IMG/VR virus record: IMGVR_UViG_3300032284_001133
Location: 20,061-84,060 of that record
Length of the DNA: 64,000 nt
Source of the DNA: a virus
Strand: one strand, 5' to 3'
A program made the position numbers and the translations under genes. Under the pieces are notes generated by a model. The model did not search any database and had not been told where the DNA came from. It was given only the letters and a program-made list of their open reading frames with translations. Below are positions 10,690 to 17,950 of this stretch, piece after piece; position 1 is the first letter of the stretch, and each line of letters opens with the position of its first letter.

Positions 10690-10718
10690 TTGACATGGTA
10701 TAACTGCTCTGTTATACT
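10690..10718 (+). promoter_or_regulatory. Sigma70-type promoter for the gp55-like gene
   Basis: TTGACA-17 nt-TATACT with extended -10 TG; SD AAGGAGG before ATG 10772. Confidence 0.85.
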
Positions 10719-10771
10719 TACTCGTAAAGGCTATTATTAGCCAAAAATAACTATAAGGAGGCCACGCTAAG

Positions 10772-11689
10772 ATGGCTACAGCACAAATAATATCCGCACC
10801 AGGTAGAAGAGTCCGCTACTTAAACAATAAAGACTTATTAGCAGAAATACATAAATCAAAAAATTCGTTTTCAAGTTTTACTAAAAAAGAATACGGACAA
10901 CACGATATAATACTCCCTAATTTAGAAAAAGTAAACATCAGGACTGTTGCAGAAGCCAAACGCAATAGAGCTAAACGACTAGGATTAGAAATTTTCAATG
11001 CCGCTAGGGCCGCAGGTGATAAAAAAATTAAACTAGCAGAATGTATTCCAGATTATAAAACCATTGCAAAAACAGATGTCGTTATTCGTATTATGACATT
11101 TGATCATATTCCTCTGGCACCAGGTCGTAAAAAGACTACTAAGACTACAGCAGACGCACATGATAAAGTTAATTTTCCACCATTTCAACATTGGAAATTT
11201 GACGAACACGATAATTTAATTTGCGTAGGCAAAAGTCACTGGAAAGGAACTGTAGAAAAGGGCTACTTTAGTAAGGATCATGGAAGAATTACAGAAGACC
11301 TAGGTAAAATGTATATTAAACTCAGCGAGCGATATGCACAGCGCAGTAACTGGCGCGGTTATACATATATTGATGAAATGAAAGGACAGGCTATTTTACA
11401 GTTAAGTCAAATTGGTCTGCAATTTGATGAATCAAAATCAGAAAATCCGTTTGCCTATTATACTGCCGCAGTAACTAATTCATTTACTCGCATACTTAAT
11501 CTTGAAAAGAAAAATCAAAATATACGTGATGATATGCTACAAGAAAACGGCCTAACACCAAGCATGACTAGACAACATAAAGAAGAATATGCAGAAGAAA
11601 CTGCTCGACAGGCTGAAATATATAAAAATATGCGTATGCCTAAGAGCGAAGATATAAGTCCGGACGAAGAAGTTGGAACAGAGGCTTGA
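10772..11689 (+). CDS. gp55: Late-transcription sigma factor, T4 gp55-like
   Basis: YLNNKDLL at the N-terminus and RSNWRGYTYIDEM...FDESKSENPFAYYT...FTRILNLEKKNQ. Sits next to gp47/gp46 as in T4-like phages. Confidence 0.85.
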   Translation: MATAQIISAPGRRVRYLNNKDLLAEIHKSKNSFSSFTKKEYGQHDIILPNLEKVNIRTVAEAKRNRAKRLGLEIFNAARAAGDKKIKLAECIPDYKTIAKTDVVIRIMTFDHIPLAPGRKKTTKTTADAHDKVNFPPFQHWKFDEHDNLICVGKSHWKGTVEKGYFSKDHGRITEDLGKMYIKLSERYAQRSNWRGYTYIDEMKGQAILQLSQIGLQFDESKSENPFAYYTAAVTNSFTRILNLEKKNQNIRDDMLQENGLTPSMTRQHKEEYAEETARQAEIYKNMRMPKSEDISPDEEVGTEA

Positions 11690-11715
11690 CTTAAGTGTGT
11701 AATATCTGTTACACT
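11686..11715 (+). promoter_or_regulatory. Sigma70-type promoter for gp47-gp46
   Basis: TTGACT-18 nt-TACACT with extended -10 TG; SD AGGAG before ATG 11733. Confidence 0.65.
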
Positions 11716-11732
11716 CATTAGTAGGAGACTCT

Positions 11733-12746
11733 ATGCAATTATTCAAAAAGGTAGCATGCTTTACTGATATACATTTTGGTTTAAAATCTAATAGTGCGGT
11801 TCATAATCAAGACTGCGAAGATTTTGTAGACTGGTTTATTGCCAATGCAAAAGCGCAGAACTGCGAAACTGCTATTTTCTTAGGAGATTGGCACCATAAC
11901 CGAAATAGTATAAATTTAACAACAATGGATTATAGCATTCGTTGTTTAGAAAAATTAGGAGCGGCCTTCAAACAGTTCTTCTGGTTTCCTGGTAATCACG
12001 ATTTGTTTTTTAAAGACAAACGTACTATTCATAGTTCGGCATTTGGTCGACATATTCCGGGAGTAACTGTTGTAGATAGCGTGTGGACAAGCGGTAATGT
12101 TACACTAGTACCCTGGTTAGTAGGTGAGGAATGGAAAGATATTTCCAGTACTAAAAGCAAATATATGTTTGGTCACTTTGAATTACCTTTGTTCTATATG
12201 AACGCTATGGTACAGATGCCGGATACAGGCGAGCTACAATCTGCACATTTTGAACATCAAGAATATGTATTCAGCGGGCATTTTCATAAACGTCAAAATC
12301 AAGGAAAAATCTGGTACATAGGTAATGCGTTCCCTCATAACTTTTCCGATGCAGGTGATGACGAAAGAGGTATGATGGTAATGGAATGGGGCAAAAAACC
12401 AGAATTCATCAAATGGGATCATGCTCCTAAATTTCGTACTCTTAAATTAAGTCAGTTATTAGACGAAGAAGATAGTATTATGAAAGATAAAATGTACCTT
12501 AAGGTGCATATCGATCTGCCTATCAGCTACGAAGAAGCAAATTTAATTAAAGAAGAGTTTGGTAAAAAATACGATATTAGAGAACTTAGTCTAATACAAG
12601 AAAAAGATAATATCGAAACTGTAATCGACGATAGTGTCGAATCTAAATTTGAAAGCGTTGATCAGATTGTCACAGAGCAATTGGTCAATATCGATTCTAA
12701 TTCATACGATCCTAAAGTATTACTGGAAATTTATAACGGTCTATAA
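11733..12746 (+). CDS. gp47: Recombination nuclease subunit (Mre11/SbcD-like)
   Basis: Metallophosphoesterase motifs DIHFG, GDWHH, GNHD, GHFE, SGHFH. Confidence 0.93.
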   Translation: MQLFKKVACFTDIHFGLKSNSAVHNQDCEDFVDWFIANAKAQNCETAIFLGDWHHNRNSINLTTMDYSIRCLEKLGAAFKQFFWFPGNHDLFFKDKRTIHSSAFGRHIPGVTVVDSVWTSGNVTLVPWLVGEEWKDISSTKSKYMFGHFELPLFYMNAMVQMPDTGELQSAHFEHQEYVFSGHFHKRQNQGKIWYIGNAFPHNFSDAGDDERGMMVMEWGKKPEFIKWDHAPKFRTLKLSQLLDEEDSIMKDKMYLKVHIDLPISYEEANLIKEEFGKKYDIRELSLIQEKDNIETVIDDSVESKFESVDQIVTEQLVNIDSNSYDPKVLLEIYNGL

Positions 12747-14527
12747 TGTTTAAAATAAAAAATATAACAGTTAAGAATTTTCTTAGCGTTGGTAATCAAA
12801 CACAGGCTGTCGATTTTGATAAAGAACATCTAACTTTAGTACTAGGTGAAAATTTAGACCTAGGCGGAGATGATAATGGAAGCCGGAACGGTACTGGAAA
12901 AACTACAATCATTAACGCATTGAGTTATGCTTTGTATGGTAACGCACTTACTAACATTCGAAAAGAAAATCTAATTAATAAAACCAACGGTAAAAATATG
13001 TTAGTTACTGTTGAATTTGAAGTAAGCGGTACTAAATTTAAAATTGAAAGAGGTCGCAAACCTAATATATTAAAATTCTTTGTAAACGACCAAGAACAAG
13101 AGCACAAAGACGATGACGCTCAGGGAGATAGCCGCGAAACACAAAAATCAATTGAGCAATTATTAGGTATGAGCCATACTATGTTCAAGCATTTGGTCGC
13201 TTTAAACACCTATTCTGAACCGTTTCTTAGCTTAAAACCTAATGATCAACGAGAAGTTATTGAACAATTACTGGGTATTACGCTATTGAGTGAAAAAGCA
13301 GAAAACCTAAAAACACAGTTAAAAGAATCTAGAGACGCGATTCAAGCTGAAACTGCAAGAATTGAAGCAGTTAAAGCCGCAAACGAGAATGTACAAAAAA
13401 GTATTGATAGTTTAATTACTCGGAGTAAAGCATGGAATACAAAAAAAGATGAAGATCTAGAACGCCTTGCTCGTGCTATCATGCAATTACAAAATGTAGA
13501 TATAGAAGCAGAGCTTGTAGCTCATGCACAACTTAAAAATTGGAACGATAGTAACAATAAACTAAGAGATCTTACTAAACAAAAAGCTACCTTAGATTCC
13601 GCAGTTGGGCAGGCGGAAAAAACGTTGGCCAAATATAAAAAAGAAACAGAACAATTAGAAAACAAAACATGTCCTGCATGTGCTCAAGAACTACATGATC
13701 ACAAACATGAAGAAATGACTGCCGTTGCTGAAAAAAATTATAAAGATGCTTTTGAGTATTTTCAAAAAATGAGTGCTCAACTTAATCAAATTAAAGATGA
13801 AATTATTGGATTAGGAACGCTACCTAAACCTCCAACAACGTTTTATGATTCTGAATCAGAAGCGTTAGGTCATAAAAGCAACCTTGCTAATTTAGAAAGA
13901 CAACTTGAAGATAAAGCCATGGAGCATAATCCATACAATGAACAAGTTGAAGAATTAAGACACACTGCTATACAGGAAATATCTTGGGATATTGTTAATA
14001 CACTAACCAAATTAAAAGAACACCAAGAATTTTTGTATAAACTATTAACCAACAAAGATAGTTTTATTCGTAAAAAGATTATTGATCAAAATTTAACACA
14101 TTTGAATAAGCGGCTAAGCTACTATATCAATAAATTAGGATTACCGCACAAGGTTACTTTCTTAAATGACCTGTCTGTAGAAATTACTCAACTTGGCCAA
14201 GATTTAGATTTTGATAATCTAAGCAGAGGAGAAAGAAACAGATTAATATTAAGTCTAAGTTTTGCATTTCGTGATGTATGGGAAAACTTATATCAAAATA
14301 TTAATCTATTGTTTATTGACGAGCTCATTGATGCTGGAATGGATGCCGCAGGCGTCGAGGCAGGCATTGCTGTTCTAAAGAAGATGGGGCGTGAACGTAA
14401 TAAAAATATATACTTGATAAGCCATAAAGACGAATTAATCGGCCGTGTTAATAATGTACTTAAGGTTATTAAAGAAAACGGTTTTACCAGTTATTCAAAT
14501 GATGTAGACTTTGTTGAAGCCCGATGA
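12746..14527 (+). CDS. gp46: Recombination ATPase subunit (Rad50/SbcC-like)
   Basis: Walker A NGTGKT, zinc hook CPAC within coiled coil, signature LSRGE, Walker B LLFIDE, H-loop ISH. Confidence 0.95.
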   Translation: MFKIKNITVKNFLSVGNQTQAVDFDKEHLTLVLGENLDLGGDDNGSRNGTGKTTIINALSYALYGNALTNIRKENLINKTNGKNMLVTVEFEVSGTKFKIERGRKPNILKFFVNDQEQEHKDDDAQGDSRETQKSIEQLLGMSHTMFKHLVALNTYSEPFLSLKPNDQREVIEQLLGITLLSEKAENLKTQLKESRDAIQAETARIEAVKAANENVQKSIDSLITRSKAWNTKKDEDLERLARAIMQLQNVDIEAELVAHAQLKNWNDSNNKLRDLTKQKATLDSAVGQAEKTLAKYKKETEQLENKTCPACAQELHDHKHEEMTAVAEKNYKDAFEYFQKMSAQLNQIKDEIIGLGTLPKPPTTFYDSESEALGHKSNLANLERQLEDKAMEHNPYNEQVEELRHTAIQEISWDIVNTLTKLKEHQEFLYKLLTNKDSFIRKKIIDQNLTHLNKRLSYYINKLGLPHKVTFLNDLSVEITQLGQDLDFDNLSRGERNRLILSLSFAFRDVWENLYQNINLLFIDELIDAGMDAAGVEAGIAVLKKMGRERNKNIYLISHKDELIGRVNNVLKVIKENGFTSYSNDVDFVEAR

Positions 14528-14844
14528 TAAACAAGTATAAGAATATCTATAGTGAGTTAATTGTAGCCTTAACTGAGCTACACAATGCTCATCTAGATTA
14601 TCTTGAAGGACCAAATATAAGAAAATCTAGAGATCTTAAAAAGAAAATTAAAAGTCTAACACCTAAGTTAAAAAATTTACTCAATATTGTAACAGATGTC
14701 AATAAAGAAGTAACCAAGCGAGACAGAGGAATATATCCAAGAATACCAAATGATCCCAATTTGTTGACTCCGGAATTTCACGAATGGGTAAGTAAAGGAC
14801 TAGGTAGAGTTAATAAATTTACACCAAAAGGAAAAAAGAAATGA
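14524..14844 (+). CDS. Hypothetical basic protein
   Basis: 106 aa ORF coupled to both neighbours by ATGA overlaps. Confidence 0.65.
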   Translation: MINKYKNIYSELIVALTELHNAHLDYLEGPNIRKSRDLKKKIKSLTPKLKNLLNIVTDVNKEVTKRDRGIYPRIPNDPNLLTPEFHEWVSKGLGRVNKFTPKGKKK

Positions 14845-15035
14845 ATTCACAAGCAGAACTATTAGCGGCTTATCAATCCTATATGGAAGAAAACGCCAAA
14901 TTTGAAAAAGGCAACAATGCGGCCGGTACTCGTGCTCGCAAGGCATTGGCAGACATGGGCAAGGCTGTAAAAGGTCGCCGCAATGAAATTACTGAAACTA
15001 AAAATGCCCGTAAAGAAGAAAAGGTCACAAAGTAA
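14841..15035 (+). CDS. Histone H1-like (Hc1-family) small DNA-binding protein
   Basis: AKFEKGNNAAGTRARKALADMGKAVKGRRNEI matches the Hc1-like pattern; SD AAGGA. Confidence 0.75.
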   Translation: MNSQAELLAAYQSYMEENAKFEKGNNAAGTRARKALADMGKAVKGRRNEITETKNARKEEKVTK

Positions 15036-15190
15036 TGTTCCATCTAAGAGAAGAAGGCCAGGTAGTACGTAACGGATTTAACTTTTACAAGTTGTCCGAT
15101 AAAAGTAATGCTGGTTTTATTTTTAGATTAGGAACAAAATTTTTTACACTTAGGTATTCTAAAATAAGGAAGACCTGGATTATTGGATGA
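15035..15190 (+). CDS. Small hypothetical protein (51 aa), missing from the ORF track
   Basis: MFHLREEGQVVRNGFNFYKLSDKSNAGFIFRLGTKFFTLRYSKIRKTWIIG fills the gap exactly, with a TAATG overlap upstream and an ATGA overlap downstream. Confidence 0.7.
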   Translation: MFHLREEGQVVRNGFNFYKLSDKSNAGFIFRLGTKFFTLRYSKIRKTWIIG

Positions 15191-15612
15191 CTTGGACTTT
15201 TCAAGGTACTTTAGTTGAAGAACTCCCCGAAGACTGTGTTGGGTTTGTGTATCTAATAACCAATACAATCACAGGACGCAAGTATATTGGCAAAAAATTG
15301 GCAAAATTTGCAAAAACAACATATAAGACTATAAAATTAAAAAACGGTAACAAGAAAAAGAAGAAAATTAGAGGCAAAATAGAAAGCGACTGGAAAACAT
15401 ATTACGGTTCAAACATAGAATTAAACAAAGACGTAGAAACCTTAGGCACAAATAACTTCACTAGAGAAATATTACATTATTGTAAAAGTAAAGCAGAAAC
15501 ATCTTACATTGAGGCCCGTGAACAATTCGACCGCAAAGTATTAGAATCAGATGACTACTATAACGGACATATACAAGTTCGTGTACATGGCTCACACATT
15601 ATAAAATCTTAG
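15187..15612 (+). CDS. GIY-YIG superfamily nuclease-like protein
   Basis: GFVYLITNTITGRKYIGKK, YYGS, FTREIL, a helix Glu (YIE) and a terminal YYN; catalytic-domain size only (141 aa). Confidence 0.8.
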   Translation: MTWTFQGTLVEELPEDCVGFVYLITNTITGRKYIGKKLAKFAKTTYKTIKLKNGNKKKKKIRGKIESDWKTYYGSNIELNKDVETLGTNNFTREILHYCKSKAETSYIEAREQFDRKVLESDDYYNGHIQVRVHGSHIIKS

Positions 15613-15629
15613 GCATATAATCGGTAATA

Positions 15630-16056
15630 AGCTCGCACCTGCTAATTTCGGGTGCCCAAAAATCTGGACTTAGAGTCGCAGGGATGGAAACCTCTTGCCG
15701 AAAAGAGTACTCAACTACTATCCTTTACAGGACGTCGATCGCAAATTGCCGCGGTTTAGTTGTTTGAAAAGAGTTAAAAAGGCCTAATGAAGGGAGAAAA
15801 ACCCTACGTTTACATTTATGATAGCGTATATTTGTAAACCGCCGTTGAATGAAGACGGAGCTCGTGGTACCGGTCAACCGCCACTGTAATGCTCTAACGC
15901 TGTGTGACTTGTTGAACTCAGATAATGTCATTTTTTCGCCCGGCAGGGCGAAGTGTGACCATAGAATCTAGATAATATCTTAAACACTTCGTGTTTTCAA
16001 TGTTAAAAAAATGCTTTGAGCTGAAAGCGAAAAAGCAAATGAGCGCAAGCTCATTA
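15630..16056 (+). ncRNA. Candidate large structured non-coding RNA (family unknown)
   Basis: Gap with no credible CDS, GC-richer than its flanks, with at least 10 consecutive stems, G-U pairs and a GCAA tetraloop on the + strand, plus a possible pseudoknot (details under findings). Confidence 0.6.
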
Positions 16057-16063
16057 TCAAACA

Positions 16064-16069
16064 TAAATA
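16064..16069 (+). promoter_or_regulatory. Putative late promoter (TAAATA)
   Basis: CATAAATA 28 nt upstream of ATG 16098, with SD GAGGA. Confidence 0.55.
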
Positions 16070-16097
16070 AATTTAATGTTCTTTTGAGGAATGAAAT

Positions 16098-16790
16098 ATG
16101 CGAATTGCTGAAATTATTGTAGAATCTGATTTAAATGAAGGTCCTGCTTGGGATGCTATTAAACAAGGTGCGGGTGCCGTAGGTAGTGCTGTAAAACAAG
16201 GAGCTCAAGCTCTTGGTAAAGGTGCTGTAGCCACAGGTAAAGCCGTAGGCAAGTATGGCCCTGGTGTAATTCAAGGTGCAGGTAATTTAGCTACTAATGT
16301 TGCTCATCAAGCAGGTAACGTTGCTAGTACTTTAGGTACTGGTGTTGGTAGAACAGCAGGTGGATTATTAGGTGGTATTAAGCAAGGATGGGATCAAGCA
16401 AGGGGTAACCCTACAGGTGCTAATCAAGTTCCGTCAGCAGTTCCTCCACAACAACCAAATAATCCAAACATCGCTAATTCACAAGGTGCAAATCAGACAC
16501 AAGGCGGTAATCAGTCTCAAGGTGTTACACAACAAGCACCAAATGCTCAGCAGGCCGCAAGTGGAGCTCAACCAACTCCTCAAAGTATTAAATCTCAAAT
16601 TTCTGCTAAACAAAAACAGATGAAAGCGTTGCAAAAAGAGTTAAATGGTCTGCAAAAAATGTTAACTCCTAAACAACCAGCTACAACTACTCAGCCTAAT
16701 CTTCAGGTTCAACAAGGCGGAATAGCACCTTCGGGAAACCAAGCCACAGGCGAAGGCTTTGAAAGTAAATTTTTAGGAATGACGATTTAA
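16098..16790 (+). CDS. Hypothetical Gly/Ala/Gln-rich protein, possible internal head/ejection protein
   Basis: Good SD and late box. N-terminal MRIAEIIVESDLNEG, 11-residue amphipathic repeats, Q/P-rich linker, short coiled coil. Confidence 0.65.
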   Translation: MRIAEIIVESDLNEGPAWDAIKQGAGAVGSAVKQGAQALGKGAVATGKAVGKYGPGVIQGAGNLATNVAHQAGNVASTLGTGVGRTAGGLLGGIKQGWDQARGNPTGANQVPSAVPPQQPNNPNIANSQGANQTQGGNQSQGVTQQAPNAQQAASGAQPTPQSIKSQISAKQKQMKALQKELNGLQKMLTPKQPATTTQPNLQVQQGGIAPSGNQATGEGFESKFLGMTI

Positions 16791-17017
16791 AAGAACGGTA
16801 ATCCGGACTTTTTAGTTGTTTCTAAATTATCTGAAATTATTTTTCCGATAATTTCTCTATCTTCAATTGATAACAAATATGCTTCGCTTATGGTCATGCC
16901 ACCACGCATGTACCAGCAAAACTTAAACAATTCGTCTTTGATGGCTTTTGATTCATTTTCCATGGACTTTGACAGCTGGTCAATTTGGTCCATGCTGAGG
17001 TTCAAAAGCCTTAAGCG
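16787..17017 (-). CDS. gp51-like / tail-assembly-chaperone C-terminal ORF, probably expressed by -1 frameshift from the upstream gene
   Basis: LFKFCWYMRGGMTISEAYLLSIEDRE. Its frame is open back through the T TTT TTC heptamer at the end of the upstream ORF. Confidence 0.65.
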   Translation of the reverse strand, partial: RLRLLNLSMDQIDQLSKSMENESKAIKDELFKFCWYMRGGMTISEAYLLSIEDREIIGKIISDNLETTKKSGLPFF

Positions 17018-17877
17018 AAAAAAGTTGATGCATCAAATATCAAAGGAATTTCGATAGGTTTATCTTCAACTCCACCTGCTAGCATTGCAGGAGTTGGATT
17101 AATAGTCAATGAGCTAATAGTATTTTGCTCTCTCAATACATCTAAATGATTTTTAACTTTATCAAAAATTTCTTTATCTGAGTTCTCCATAAACTCTTTT
17201 ATAAACACAGGATCATCTGTACTTCCTTGACTAGATTCAATTTTGTATACACAATCAGTAATAATGCCAACTGCTACTCTGTTGAGTTTATCAAAAGATT
17301 CTTTAAACAGTTTTAATTTGTCTTCTTCCTTCATTTCCGAGCTATTGGCAATTTGCATGATCTTTTGTGTTTCAAAACTTTGTAAAGCACTTTCGGTCAT
17401 TTTTCTGTAATTGATTGGTTTAACAAAAACTGTAAGATCTTGATTAATAGCAACTGCATCTTCCCAAGAAACTTTTCCTGCTAGATCAGACATTACTGAT
17501 CTTAAATCAACATCATATTCGTAATCTGAATCGCCTGTATCAATAGGAACAGCCATACGTTCACCATATGTAGCTATACGTATTGCCATTAAGATAGTGT
17601 CAACATCTAAATTTGGAGCTTCCCATGCATTTTTAATATTAGGCATACAACTTTGCATAAGATCAACAATAGCCTGTCCGTTAAGTAATGCATCGGGAAT
17701 TTTAATTAAAAGTTCATCTTTAGCAGTCATTGAATATACAGGATACTCGCCTGTTTCACTTACTACTAGACTACCTTCTGGCCAAAAACGTCCTCCGCTA
17801 GGCAATTTAATATAAATTTTAGGTTGACGCATTAATCCTGCTAGTGGATTATTTTTTAATTTTGGTTGTGTAATCAC
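17011..17877 (-). CDS. gp26-like baseplate-hub/tail assembly chaperone (start corrected to GTG 17877)
   Basis: SD GGAG then GTG ATT ACA. RQPKIYIKLPSGG...YSMTAKDELL...DVDTILMAIRIATYGE resembles the gp26 family. The ORF-track extension to 18303 overlaps the tape-measure gene. Confidence 0.75.
   Translation of the reverse strand: MITQPKLKNNPLAGLMRQPKIYIKLPSGGRFWPEGSLVVSETGEYPVYSMTAKDELLIKIPDALLNGQAIVDLMQSCMPNIKNAWEAPNLDVDTILMAIRIATYGERMAVPIDTGDSDYEYDVDLRSVMSDLAGKVSWEDAVAINQDLTVFVKPINYRKMTESALQSFETQKIMQIANSSEMKEEDKLKLFKESFDKLNRVAVGIITDCVYKIESSQGSTDDPVFIKEFMENSDKEIFDKVKNHLDVLREQNTISSLTINPTPAMLAGGVEDKPIEIPLIFDASTFFA
17017..17023 (-). other. Putative -1 programmed ribosomal frameshift site T TTT TTC
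   Basis: In-frame X XXY YYZ heptamer one codon before the TAA; the -1 frame continues RLRL-LNLSMDQ into the next ORF. Confidence 0.65.
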
Positions 17878-17891
17878 GGTTTTATCTCCAA

Positions 17892-17923
17892 TAAATAAGT
17901 TGACAAACTTATAGATATATTTA
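17892..17923. promoter_or_regulatory. Crossed pair of putative late promoters (plus 17892-17897; minus 17918-17923)
   Basis: ATAAATA on each strand in the 73 nt gap between the chaperone and tape-measure genes. Confidence 0.55.
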
Positions 17924-17950
17924 TCTACGCATATAACCCCAGGAAAAACT

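Noticed and set aside
15187-15612. Mobile homing endonuclease
   Set aside because: Catalytic-size domain only, with no evident C-terminal DNA-binding repeats, and translationally coupled within an operon.
15725-15931. 68-aa minus-strand ORF in the structured gap
   Set aside because: No SD and atypical composition; the region is better explained by + strand base-pairing.
15613-16060. Group I intron, tmRNA, RNase P or tRNA identity for the structured region
   Set aside because: It interrupts no gene, and I found no P7-type, tRNA-like end, GAGGAAAGUCC or cloverleaf signature by eye. A covariance-model search is still needed.
17900-17905. TTGACA as a sigma70 -35 element
   Set aside because: No acceptable -10 hexamer at 16-18 nt spacing.
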